Part shown: one piece after another, positions 38,037 through 47,087 of the stretch
How positions within the stretch are numbered: the stretch's first letter is position 1
Layout: each line of letters starts with the position of its first letter
Assembly (NCBI GenBank): GCA_035305265.1
Contig: DATGPC010000050.1
Span: 1-61,023, forward strand
DNA from: Thermomicrobiales bacterium
Lineage (GTDB): Bacteria > Chloroflexota > Chloroflexia > Thermomicrobiales > UBA6265
Length of the DNA: 61,023 bases
Direction of reading: 5' to 3'
Notes under the pieces: generated by a model
What the model was told of the DNA's origin: nothing
The model's input: only the letters and a program-made list of their open reading frames with translations
Database searches by the model: none
Made by a program: the position numbers and the translations under genes

Positions 38037-38585
38037 TTGTTTGACTTTGACCTCAACAATCTGCCGACGGGACCGTTCGACACGCCACTGTGGTGGTTGC
38101 TCATCGGCCTCGTCATCGCCCTGCTCTTCACGCTCCAGGGGCTCGAGACCGCCGTTGAAGGCGCATGGCCGCATCAACGGCGCGACAACGAGTACATCCC
38201 CGGCGCTCGCGGGATCAAACCCGCATGGGCCTTCGCCGCCATCCTGATCATTCCCGGCGCCCTCGCGCTGATCGGCACCGTCATCGTCATGATCTGGCAA
38301 GACATCGCCACGCCGGACGGCGTGCGGCTCGGCGGATGGCTGCTGGCGTTCGGCTGGGCGCTCTTCCTCGTGTTCGGCCTGAATCTTCTCGGGCTGGGCC
38401 GCCTGCTCGGGACGCTCGGCATGCTCGGCCCCCTCGCGATCGGGTTCGTCCTGCTCATCGCCGACGCGCTGCTGATCGTCACGCTCCTCGATGTGCTGCC
38501 CTCCTGGGACATCGTCCAGGACGGACTCAAGGAACTGATCGAGAACCTGTTGCCGTTCGTGGAATTCGAGGACGACGCGCTGTAA
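38037..38585 (+). CDS. Integral membrane protein, unknown function
   Basis: 182 aa with four or five TM helices and a TTG start. High GC3. Confidence 0.5.
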   Translation: MFDFDLNNLPTGPFDTPLWWLLIGLVIALLFTLQGLETAVEGAWPHQRRDNEYIPGARGIKPAWAFAAILIIPGALALIGTVIVMIWQDIATPDGVRLGGWLLAFGWALFLVFGLNLLGLGRLLGTLGMLGPLAIGFVLLIADALLIVTLLDVLPSWDIVQDGLKELIENLLPFVEFEDDAL

Positions 38586-38728
38586 CCCGGCCCGACGGCG
38601 TCGCGTTAGGCCCCAACTTGTCCTGACATTTGACCACGGCGAGTTTCTGGCGATGGTGCTACAGTGACGGTACGAGACCTGTACGTGCAGACGCACGTCC
38701 GGGTGCAAGCACACGGATTGCGCCGGCT

Positions 38729-40357
38729 ATGAGCGACTTCGCGCCGCGAGACAGGGAAGGCAACGGGGCACCGGATCAGGGACGATCCAGGCCGCGCGAG
38801 CGTGCGCGATCGGTCCCCCGGACCCGCCAACGCCCCGCGGTCCAGCCCCGGCGAAAGTCGCGTATCCCGCTGGGCCCTTCCCCATCCGAGGCCCGCGATC
38901 AGGACGTCGATCAGCAACAGGTCGTCAGTATCGAGCTACGACCCGTCAGCGGTCTCTTCGGCCGGTCCGACACCGTCGAGATCACCGGTGAGGACGAGTC
39001 CCCCAGCCGCCTGCGTCTCCCCGCGAGCCTTCGGCGCCGCAAGGGTGACGTCCGCGAGACATCGCTGCTCCAGGATCCGGACTTCCGGCTGCTGTGGTGG
39101 TCACGGCTGCTATCCCAGACCGCGCAGGGAGCACTGCTCTACGCGCTGATGATCCTCGTTATCGATCTCTCGAACCGGTCGTTCTACAGCGCGCTCTTCG
39201 TGGCCTGCTCGAATGTGCCGTCGATCCTGCTCGGCCTTCCTGCCGGCATGGTCGTCGACAACATCTCGCGCAAGCACATGATGGTGATGCTGAACGGTTT
39301 CCGCTTCACGTTCATGCTCTTCATGGTTGCGACGGAACCGACCCTGGCCAGCGTCTTCGCCGCCACGATCGGGATCTGGATCATCCACCAGTTCTATTCG
39401 CCGTCCGAAGCATCGATGCTCGCCGACCTCGTCCCGGCACACCGGTACACGTCCGCGCAATCGCTGTTCAATCTCGCGCTCACGATCTCGCAGGCGGTCG
39501 GCCTCGCCATCCTCGCACCGATCATGCTGCGCCTGGGCGGAGCCGAGCTCGTGTTCGTCCTCGCCGGGTCACTGTGGCTGATCAGCGGGGCGTTGACCCT
39601 CCTGCTCCCGAGCGTTCCTGCCCACATGTCCACCTCCGTCCGGCCGCGCCGCCGTGGGCTGCTCGACACCCTCACGGCCGGTATCCAGTTCGTGCGGAAG
39701 GACCGCCCGACGTTCGAGGCGATCCTCCACGACGTGCTGGTCAGCGTCGGCATGAGCGCGCTGGTGGTCATCATCCCGTTCTATCTGGAGCGGGTGCTCG
39801 GCACGTCGAAGGAGAACACGGTGTTCGTCTTCGCGCCGGCGGCGATCGGCCTTGTCCTCGGCCTCCGGGCCGCGCCGATCCTCGCGCGCATTATCGGCGA
39901 GCGCTATTCCGCGTTCATCTCTGTCGCCGCGTTCGCCGTCTGCATCTTCATGCTCGGGTTTATCGAGCAAACCTACTTCTTCCTGAACGACATCCTCCGC
40001 CTGCCGCTGGACCAGTTCACCGACTGGATCTCCATCTCGCCCTACATCTTCCTGACGATGTTCGTCTCCGTGCCGGCCGGGCTGGCGATGTCCGTGGTAA
40101 ACGTTGCGGCCCGCTCGATCCTGCTGCAGCGCACGCCCGGCTACGTCCGTGGCCAGGTGATCGCCACGCAAGGCCTGATCGGGAACGTCCTCGGGCTGGT
40201 GCCAACCCTGCTGACCGGTCTCGCCACGGACCTCTTCGGCGTGATCCCGGTGGCGGTCGGTATCGCGGCGATCATCCTCGCCGGTGGCCTCTTCGCGCGG
40301 AATATCGGCCGGTCCTCACCACCCGGCGAGACCATGATTCCCGCGCCGGCCGTCTAG
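38729..40357 (+). CDS. MFS transporter with disordered N-terminal extension
   Basis: The 12-TM core starts near DPDFRLLWWSRLLSQTAQG. The N-terminal ~115 aa is Arg/Pro-rich. Start at ATG 38729 is tentative. Confidence 0.75.
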   Translation: MSDFAPRDREGNGAPDQGRSRPRERARSVPRTRQRPAVQPRRKSRIPLGPSPSEARDQDVDQQQVVSIELRPVSGLFGRSDTVEITGEDESPSRLRLPASLRRRKGDVRETSLLQDPDFRLLWWSRLLSQTAQGALLYALMILVIDLSNRSFYSALFVACSNVPSILLGLPAGMVVDNISRKHMMVMLNGFRFTFMLFMVATEPTLASVFAATIGIWIIHQFYSPSEASMLADLVPAHRYTSAQSLFNLALTISQAVGLAILAPIMLRLGGAELVFVLAGSLWLISGALTLLLPSVPAHMSTSVRPRRRGLLDTLTAGIQFVRKDRPTFEAILHDVLVSVGMSALVVIIPFYLERVLGTSKENTVFVFAPAAIGLVLGLRAAPILARIIGERYSAFISVAAFAVCIFMLGFIEQTYFFLNDILRLPLDQFTDWISISPYIFLTMFVSVPAGLAMSVVNVAARSILLQRTPGYVRGQVIATQGLIGNVLGLVPTLLTGLATDLFGVIPVAVGIAAIILAGGLFARNIGRSSPPGETMIPAPAV

Positions 40358-40380
40358 AGAGACCCTTTTCGTGCACGCAC

Positions 40381-40413
40381 AAAAAAACGACACCCGGCCG
40401 CGAGGGCCGGGTG
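40381..40413 (-). terminator. Intrinsic terminator of 40439..40888
   Basis: 9-bp stem CACCCGGCC / GGCCGGGTG followed (minus strand) by TTTTTTT. Confidence 0.8.
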
Positions 40414-40438
40414 CAGATGCCTGGGCGATGAATCAGGA

Positions 40439-40888
40439 TCACGCCTCGCCATTGACGACCAGGCTCTCGATCTCGCCCGTGTCGACGTTGTAGGTGGCGC
40501 CCCAGTAGCACGGCCCGCCGTCCTCGACTTCGATGAGGCGGATCCGCCAGTTGTCGGCTTCGCTGCACATGCTGTTGATGCGGATCTTCCGCTGGCCGTC
40601 CTCGACGACCCCGATGTACTGGCGATAGCCGTCCAGCACCGGAGGTCGAGCGGAATTGCGCGTCTCCGCTTCGACCGCGTCCTCGGCCGCCTGCAGGTGC
40701 TCGTCGGATGGCGTCCAATTTTCGCCGGATTCAGCAGGCAAGATCACGCCCGGATTGCCGTTGATCTCCACCTCCGGGTTCACCGCCGCAACCGGTCCGT
40801 CGATCCGCGTCGCCGTGCTTACCGATCCCACCCCGAAGATCAAAGCCAAAAGGAGAAGCAAGACCACAATCCAGGCGTCTATTCTCAC
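40439..40888 (-). CDS. Secreted/anchored small protein, paralogue A (unknown family)
   Basis: N-terminal hydrophobic anchor. Shares INGNPGV, W-TP, DLQAAED, GYRQY, EDG-RKI-I-SMC, DGGPC-W and Y-N-DTGE-E-VNG blocks with 40927..41376. Confidence 0.65.
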   Translation of the reverse strand: MRIDAWIVVLLLLLALIFGVGSVSTATRIDGPVAAVNPEVEINGNPGVILPAESGENWTPSDEHLQAAEDAVEAETRNSARPPVLDGYRQYIGVVEDGQRKIRINSMCSEADNWRIRLIEVEDGGPCYWGATYNVDTGEIESLVVNGEA

Positions 40889-40926
40889 TGTTCATCCCTC
40901 CACGACGTGACAGCAGCCAGCGCAAC

Positions 40927-41376
40927 CTACGCCTGGCCGTTGACGTAGAACGTCTCTACTTCACCGGTATCTGCGTTGTATGCCGCTTGCCAGAAGCATG
41001 GCCCGCCGTCCAGGACGATCAGGAAGCTCTGGCCCCATCCATCCAGCGGCTTGCACATGCTGTGGATGACGATCTTGCGCTCGCCATCTTCCATGTACCC
41101 GGCGTACTGTCGATACCCGAAAAGGACCGGATCGCGATCGTCGCTCACCGCAACCGCCATCACCTCGTCTTCGGCGGCCTGGAGATCGTCGGTGCCGGGC
41201 GTCCAACCCTCGGCGTCGCGCCTGTATTCCGTGGCTTCGAAGACCACGCCGGGATTCCCGTTGATGAACAGGACGTCGGCATCACCCACCGTTGCCCTGT
41301 CCCCGGCGAAAAGGCCTTGTCCGATCGCCAGCGTCGCAAACACAACAGCAATGACCCAGATCGACGCGATCTTCAT
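40927..41376 (-). CDS. Secreted/anchored small protein, paralogue B (unknown family)
   Basis: GGAGG RBS before ATG 41376 (MKIASIWVIAVVFATLAIG). The longer ORF to 41847 is Arg-rich and not protein-like. Confidence 0.65.
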   Translation of the reverse strand: MKIASIWVIAVVFATLAIGQGLFAGDRATVGDADVLFINGNPGVVFEATEYRRDAEGWTPGTDDLQAAEDEVMAVAVSDDRDPVLFGYRQYAGYMEDGERKIVIHSMCKPLDGWGQSFLIVLDGGPCFWQAAYNADTGEVETFYVNGQA

Positions 41377-41564
41377 GGTGGAACGCCTCCGTTCGTGCCG
41401 AGGTCCCGCGCATATCCCTGCAGACAAGACGTTGGAATCCGCCAACTGGTGCCGGAACCGCCTAAATCGGCCCCATTCCCCACACCGAAGACACGCGAAA
41501 ACGCCTGGCTGCGCACGATGGCGCGCCAGGCGTTCCTTCAGGCGTTCACGAGATGTGGGACCCT

Positions 41565-42092
41565 TTATTCGGTCGCATCGTCCTCGCTGCCAGCCGACCG
41601 GGACGACGGACCGGAGTCCCGCACCTCGTTGACGGCGATCAGCGCATCCTTCAGCCGCCCGATCCAGTCGCTCTCGTGCTCGCCAACGAGCCGCACGCAC
41701 CACGCGAGCGCATGCGACCGCGACCGTGCCACGCCCGCGGCCACCAGCGTGTCCAGCACTTGCCGCTCCGGCTGTCGCAACCGCGTCATCACCGGGATCG
41801 AGAGCGTCGTGAACAGGATGCGCGTCCCGCCGCACTCCGCCCCCCACGACACCTTGCGCCCGTATCTCGCCTCGGTCTCGTCGGCGATCCGCATCCGCTG
41901 CCCGCGGGTCTCCTCGCGGAACCGGGCGATCCGCGCCTCTTCGGCAACGGAGGCATCCCCGTTACCTGACGACTCAGGGGCAGACAACCTGCCCACCACC
42001 AGGATCTCCTCCCGATCGACGGTGATCTCCGGGGTCCCCTCGAACCACGTATCCGGAAGCCGATTCTCGAACCACGTCCTGATCTCGCTCAT
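41565..42092 (-). CDS. Conserved hypothetical protein
   Basis: 175-aa ORF with high GC3. The segment PVMTRLRQPERQVLDTLVAAGVARSRSHALAWCVRLV resembles a small DNA-binding fold, but I cannot name the family. Confidence 0.6.
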   Translation of the reverse strand: MSEIRTWFENRLPDTWFEGTPEITVDREEILVVGRLSAPESSGNGDASVAEEARIARFREETRGQRMRIADETEARYGRKVSWGAECGGTRILFTTLSIPVMTRLRQPERQVLDTLVAAGVARSRSHALAWCVRLVGEHESDWIGRLKDALIAVNEVRDSGPSSRSAGSEDDATE

Positions 42093-42200
42093 GGTGCTTC
42101 TCCTGGGCTAAACGACGAGGGAACGTCCGACGCATTAAGAATTACATGATTACACGCTTACGTGTCAACATTTTGCGCGATGAACCCACTTAACGACAAT

Positions 42201-42231
42201 GCGCCCCGGCTCGAGATATGAGCCGGGGCGC
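42201..42231 (-). terminator. Terminator-like hairpin after the cyclophilin gene
   Basis: 12-bp stem GCGCCCCGGCTC / GAGCCGGGGCGC. Confidence 0.5.
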
Positions 42232-42269
42232 CTGTGCGATTCAGATTCGGTTGTGCGACGCGGTCTCGC

Positions 42270-43004
42270 CTACTGCTCCGTGATCGTGATATCGAGAATC
42301 GTGATCGTCACCGCCGGCTTCGACAGCTCGCCATTCTCGTTGGTCGAGACCGGGATCTCGGCGATGGTGTTCACCACCTCCATGCCCTCGACGACCTCAC
42401 CGAAGATCGTGTAGTTCTTCTGGAGATTCGCCATGTTGTTCGCATGGTTGATGAAGAACTGCGAGCCGTTCGTGTTCGGGCCCGCGTTCGCCATGGCTAC
42501 CGTGCCCGGCGTGTAGTTCAGCTCCTCGCCCGGCAGCTCATCGCCGATCTGGTAGCCCGGTCCACCCCGGCCAGTGCCGGTCGGGTCGCCGGTCTGGACC
42601 ATGAAGTCGCGCATGATCCGGTGGAACGTAACGCCGTCATAGTAGTCCTCGGTCGCGAGGCAGACGAAGTTGTTGACCGTGTTCGGTGCGACATCCGCAT
42701 ACAGCTGGATGACGAAGGTGCCGCGATTGGTCTCGACCGTCGCGAAATAGGTCTTGGACGCGTCGATCTTCATCTCCGGCTGGCTACCCCACTGCGGATA
42801 GCCCATCGTCGAGGAATCCGGCTCCTCGCTCCAGCAGCCGAGATTGTCCACCTCGGTGCCCTGGGCAACAACCGGGCTGGCCGCAGGACTGGCATCCGGC
42901 GTCGCCTGGGCGCTTGCGCCAGCAGCCCCCAGCAGTGATCCGATACCCATCAGCATTGAAAGCGCAAGCGCCGGCACGAGCCGCCGGCCTCTGTCCTGAA
43001 TCAC
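42270..43004 (-). CDS. Peptidyl-prolyl cis-trans isomerase, cyclophilin type (exported)
   Basis: VTFHRIMRDFMVQTGDPTGTGRGGPGY and MANAGPNTNGSQFFI, with an N-terminal signal peptide. Confidence 0.9.
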   Translation of the reverse strand: MIQDRGRRLVPALALSMLMGIGSLLGAAGASAQATPDASPAASPVVAQGTEVDNLGCWSEEPDSSTMGYPQWGSQPEMKIDASKTYFATVETNRGTFVIQLYADVAPNTVNNFVCLATEDYYDGVTFHRIMRDFMVQTGDPTGTGRGGPGYQIGDELPGEELNYTPGTVAMANAGPNTNGSQFFINHANNMANLQKNYTIFGEVVEGMEVVNTIAEIPVSTNENGELSKPAVTITILDITITEQ

Positions 43005-43110
43005 ATTGTCCTCCCGGACGTGCTCGCCGCACGCCGCTCATCTCTGGCGGATAGTCAGTATCCCGTCCACTTTCGGACATCCTGCAAAGAATGCCACATT
43101 CCGCGTTCGG

Positions 43111-43494
43111 CTAGAGGGTCGCCCCGGATGCTAAATCGGGAGTCGCCCCGCAGCACGCCTCATCCTCGCCCCGTTCCGGGAGCGCATCGGCCAGGTGCCG
43201 TTCACCCCACTCGCACAACGGCATCAGCGCATCCATCGCCGAGCGACCCAGGGACGTGAGCGAATACTCCACGCGGGGAGGGATCTCGTTGAACTGCTCA
43301 CGCCGCACCAGTCCGTCCCGCTCCATTTCCCGAAGCTGCTGGATCAGCATCTTCTCACTGATCCCCGCGACTGCCCGTCGCAGCTCGCCCGGACGGTACG
43401 GCCGCTGGTACAGCTCCCACAAGATGAGCGTCTTCCACTTGCCGCCAATGACGCTGAGCGCCACTTCGAGACCCGACCTGATGGCGGTTTGCAT
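43111..43494 (-). CDS. HxlR family transcriptional regulator
   Basis: IGGKWKTLILWEL...PGELRRAVAGISEKMLIQQLREMERDGLVRR...PPRVEYSLT. Start at MQTAIRSG. Confidence 0.85.
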   Translation of the reverse strand: MQTAIRSGLEVALSVIGGKWKTLILWELYQRPYRPGELRRAVAGISEKMLIQQLREMERDGLVRREQFNEIPPRVEYSLTSLGRSAMDALMPLCEWGERHLADALPERGEDEACCGATPDLASGATL

Positions 43495-43635
43495 CGCTAT
43501 CGCCTCCAATACATACGTCGCGGTCAGTACCCCACTTTTGCGTAAGTACTTGCCCTCCCTACAGTACCTCCCTAGCCTCGAAATCGGGACCGGTAACGAC
43601 ACATCGCGTTCACCAGATCAGGAGTCAGAGCTTCC

Positions 43636-44571
43636 ATGACGACCTCCAGTACGACCGGCCGCCGCTTCGGCATCATGATCTATCCAGACAAACCGATCGA
43701 CCGCATCGTGGAGGAGGCGCAGTGGGTCGAGTCGCTCGGATTCGACCATGTGTTCCTTCCCGATCACACCGCCGACCTGCGAAACCCGCAAGGGTTCTGG
43801 CTCGAGACCATGACGACCCTCGCGATCATCGCGCGGGAAACCCGGCATATCAGGGTCGGCACGCTGGTCTCGAACCCGATCATGCGCTCGCCGTTCGTTC
43901 TCGCCAAGCAGTTCCTGACGATCGATCACGCGTCCGGTGGCCGTCTCGATATCGGTATCGGCGCCGGTCTCTTTGACTGGGACCATGCGGCCATGGGGAC
44001 GGATATGTGGGAGAGCCGCGAGAGAACGGAACGCCTGGAGGAGATCGTGGCCATGGTCGATGCCATCCTCCGCGGCACCGGTGATCCCGTCGATTTCGAC
44101 GGACGATGGTACCGCGCGCATGGCGTGAGGACCGTCCCGGCGGCCGTCCAGCAGCCGCGCCCGCCGATCATCATCGGGGGCCAGTCCCCGGCGGTGCTGC
44201 GGATCGCCGCCCGGTATGCCGACGAGTGGAACACGATCGGCCCGATGGGGAAGAGTGCGGAAGAAATCCTGGCGACCACTGCCCGGCAAAACCAGGCACT
44301 CGATCAACTCGCCATCGAGGCGGGACGGGATCCCGCCTCGATCCGTCGCTCCTATTCGACGTTCGGCCCGTGGGTTCCCTGGGACCAGCCGGATCCGGTC
44401 GCCGCCTTTGAGCAAACGGTTCGGGCGTTCAGCGATATCGGGATGCAGGACTTCCACACCGGCATCCCGGATAACGATCCAGAGGCGCTGACCGAGGTCG
44501 CACATGACCTGATCCCCCGCCTGCGTGAGCGCCCCGTTGTGCCGACGATCGAAACAGCCACGACACCCTGA
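43636..44571 (+). CDS. LLM-class (luciferase-like) flavin/F420-dependent oxidoreductase
   Basis: TIM-barrel LLM pattern (GFDHVFLPDH, LGTLVSNP, SGGRLDIGIGAG). Confidence 0.8.
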   Translation: MTTSSTTGRRFGIMIYPDKPIDRIVEEAQWVESLGFDHVFLPDHTADLRNPQGFWLETMTTLAIIARETRHIRVGTLVSNPIMRSPFVLAKQFLTIDHASGGRLDIGIGAGLFDWDHAAMGTDMWESRERTERLEEIVAMVDAILRGTGDPVDFDGRWYRAHGVRTVPAAVQQPRPPIIIGGQSPAVLRIAARYADEWNTIGPMGKSAEEILATTARQNQALDQLAIEAGRDPASIRRSYSTFGPWVPWDQPDPVAAFEQTVRAFSDIGMQDFHTGIPDNDPEALTEVAHDLIPRLRERPVVPTIETATTP

Positions 44572-44624
44572 ACGTGGACCGTCGTCCACCGTCAGGTTTC
44601 CATCGACTATAGACAGGAGCACCG

Positions 44625-45548
44625 ATGCCCCCATCTCCTTCATTTGGCCTGGTTCTGCCGAATTTCGGTCCCTGGGCGCACCCACAAACCTTCGCAGACC
44701 TCGCGGCGCTCGCCGACGCTTCGGGCTGGCACGGTATCTTCCTGACCGACACGATCCAGATGCAAGGGACAGAGGGCCTCCCCGCAGTTGACCCCTGGAT
44801 CTCGCTCGCCGCAATGGCGATGCAGACCCGTGACATCAGGCTCGGGACCATCGTTTCAGCTCCTTCACGCCGACGGCCCTGGCAACTGGCACGTGAGCTC
44901 GCCACGCTCGATCACCTGTCCGGGGGACGGCTGATTCTGGGAGTCGGAGCCGGGGATCCTCACGATCGCGCATTCTCTGCGTTCAACGAAACCGGGACCG
45001 TTCGGGAGCGGGCTGCGATCCTCGACGAAACCCTCGAGCTCATCACCCGATTCTGGAGCGGTGAACAGGTGCGTCACGACGGCCAGCACTTTACCGTCGA
45101 CGATGTTGCCCTGCTCCCCCGGCCGATACAGCGGCCCCGGATCCCGATCTGGGTGGGGTGGCAGTGGCCCGCGAAGAAACCCCTGGATCGCGTTGCGAGA
45201 TGGGACGGTGCCGTCCCGTTCGCCATCGAGGAGGATGGCACCTATTCGAACCCGACGCCCGACGAACTGCTGGAGATCCAACACCTGATCGCCCAACGAC
45301 ACGCCTCAGGCACGCGGCCGGATATCGTGTCATATGCCGAGTTGCTGGATACCGAAACCCATCCGAACGACGTTGACGCCCTCCACCAACTGGTCTCGGC
45401 CGGGGCGACGTGGCTTATCCATTTTGTGGACCCATCGGTATCGCTTGACACCCTGCATCGAGGGATCGAATCGGGTCCGCCCGTTCTCCCGTCCGACCGC
45501 AGCCGCGTGGAAGGCCGCGTCGGTCAGGAGTCCTCGGCAACAGGCTGA
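44625..45548 (+). CDS. LLM-class (luciferase-like) flavin/F420-dependent oxidoreductase
   Basis: GWHGIFLTD, LGTIVSAP and SGGRLILGVGAG. Paralogue of 43636..44571. Confidence 0.8.
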   Translation: MPPSPSFGLVLPNFGPWAHPQTFADLAALADASGWHGIFLTDTIQMQGTEGLPAVDPWISLAAMAMQTRDIRLGTIVSAPSRRRPWQLARELATLDHLSGGRLILGVGAGDPHDRAFSAFNETGTVRERAAILDETLELITRFWSGEQVRHDGQHFTVDDVALLPRPIQRPRIPIWVGWQWPAKKPLDRVARWDGAVPFAIEEDGTYSNPTPDELLEIQHLIAQRHASGTRPDIVSYAELLDTETHPNDVDALHQLVSAGATWLIHFVDPSVSLDTLHRGIESGPPVLPSDRSRVEGRVGQESSATG

Positions 45549-47077
45549 ATTGTCAGCAGCCCGCGCGAGGTCACCGGCGGGAACGCACCGTATCCGGCAA
45601 GGCCACTCTTCACCGCATCGAAATAGTGTGGCCGGAAGAGCACGATCACCGGGGCTTCCTGTCGCACGCGCTCTTCGATCAGCCGGTAGCGCGGCTGGCG
45701 AAGGGCGCGCGGGCGTTGCAGGATCGCGCCCCGCACCAGCCCGTCGATATGCGGGTTCGCATACCCGGAGTGGTTGAGGTTTCCGTCTGACGCCAGCAAT
45801 GGCCGCACCAGTTCGTGAGGGTCCCGCCACGGCTCGGAATAGCCGACAAACATATCGAACCTGCGATTGCGGAGGGCCTCGTCCAGCTCCCGGCCCCGCA
45901 GGAGATCGACCGACAACGCGATCCCGCACGTCGCGAGCTGCTCCTGCAGGACGACCGCCGTCGTCGCCAATGTCGCGTCCTCATCGTCGGTGATCATGTG
46001 CAGCCGGAGATCGGAGGGGATACCCAAGCGCCGCAGCTCCTCGCGCACGCGATCGGGCGACTCCTGAGGCACCTCATCCAGCCCGGAAAACGCCCATGAG
46101 GACTCCGGGAAAAGCAGGCCCGTGGGTGTCGCCTGCCCTGCGGTCGCGACCTCGACCAATCGCGCCCGGTCGATCGCGGCCGAGAGCAGACGACGCACCC
46201 GGGCGTCTCGCAGCTCGGGCATCTGCAGGTTCAGCTGCAAATGGCAGATCCGGTTCGACGGCCCACCGACCAGATACACCGTCGGCTCGTCTCGCAGCAT
46301 CGGGATATCGAGGAGCGGCACATTCGGCACGAGATCGATGGTGCCGGCCGCGATGGCTGTCGCCCGGCGGGAGTCGTCGGCGATCGCCTCGACATGGACG
46401 GCCTCGATCCGGGGCCGCCCGATCTCCCAGAAATGCTCGTTCCGCGCATAGAGCATGCGGTTGCCATCGCGAACACGGAGCCAGAAGGGTCCCGTGCCGC
46501 CGACGATGGCCGGCGGGTTGGTACCGGCGCGCACCACGCCGAACGCCTGGTGTGCCAGGGACGCCTCGAGCGAGGCATCCGGTCGCGACAACTCGAGCCG
46601 GACAGTCTGGCCGTCGATCCGCTCGCAGCGCTCGATATGCTCGGTTCGCCATCCATGCCGCGTCGACGAAGCGCCGTTGCGCACCCGCTCGATCGCATAC
46701 TGGACGTCCTCGGCGCGCACCGGCGTGCCGTCAAAGAACAGCGCGCCTGGCCGGACGACGAGGTCGATCGCCGTCTCATCCCCCGCGACCGGTTGGTAGG
46801 ACGCCAGCGCCGTCACGACCTGACCGGATGCGTTCCACCTGCTCGGCGTATCGAGCGCCAGCGTGTCCATCCAGAGGTGGTCGATCGACTCGCGCCGTGT
46901 CGGGTCCAGTGACAGGGGAAGACGCCCGACGGCCACCCGGACAAGGCCGATCCGTTCCGGCGGTGGCGATTGCGCGCGGGAAAGTCCGGACATGGCGACG
47001 GCCCCCACGCCGCCGGCAAGGAGTGCCCGGCGCGAGAGCCGTCGAGACGTGAGCATATGTTCAGGCCGGCGTGCCAT
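45524..47077 (-). CDS. ABC transporter substrate-binding protein, family 5 (peptide/nickel/opine type)
   Basis: SRRLSRRALLAGGVGAVAMSG Tat-like signal and SBP_bac_5 length and profile. Start ATG 47077 lies 10 nt after the lysJ stop. The 3' end overlaps the convergent LLM gene by 25 nt. Confidence 0.8.
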   Translation of the reverse strand: MARRPEHMLTSRRLSRRALLAGGVGAVAMSGLSRAQSPPPERIGLVRVAVGRLPLSLDPTRRESIDHLWMDTLALDTPSRWNASGQVVTALASYQPVAGDETAIDLVVRPGALFFDGTPVRAEDVQYAIERVRNGASSTRHGWRTEHIERCERIDGQTVRLELSRPDASLEASLAHQAFGVVRAGTNPPAIVGGTGPFWLRVRDGNRMLYARNEHFWEIGRPRIEAVHVEAIADDSRRATAIAAGTIDLVPNVPLLDIPMLRDEPTVYLVGGPSNRICHLQLNLQMPELRDARVRRLLSAAIDRARLVEVATAGQATPTGLLFPESSWAFSGLDEVPQESPDRVREELRRLGIPSDLRLHMITDDEDATLATTAVVLQEQLATCGIALSVDLLRGRELDEALRNRRFDMFVGYSEPWRDPHELVRPLLASDGNLNHSGYANPHIDGLVRGAILQRPRALRQPRYRLIEERVRQEAPVIVLFRPHYFDAVKSGLAGYGAFPPVTSRGLLTIQPVAEDS

Positions 47078-47087
47078 CAGGACCGCG

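Noticed and set aside
41377-41847. N-terminal 157-aa extension of ORF 40927..41847.
   Set aside because: The extension is Arg/Ala/Gly-rich and not protein-like. The paralogue 40439..40888 begins at the hydrophobic anchor, and a GGAGG RBS precedes ATG 41376.
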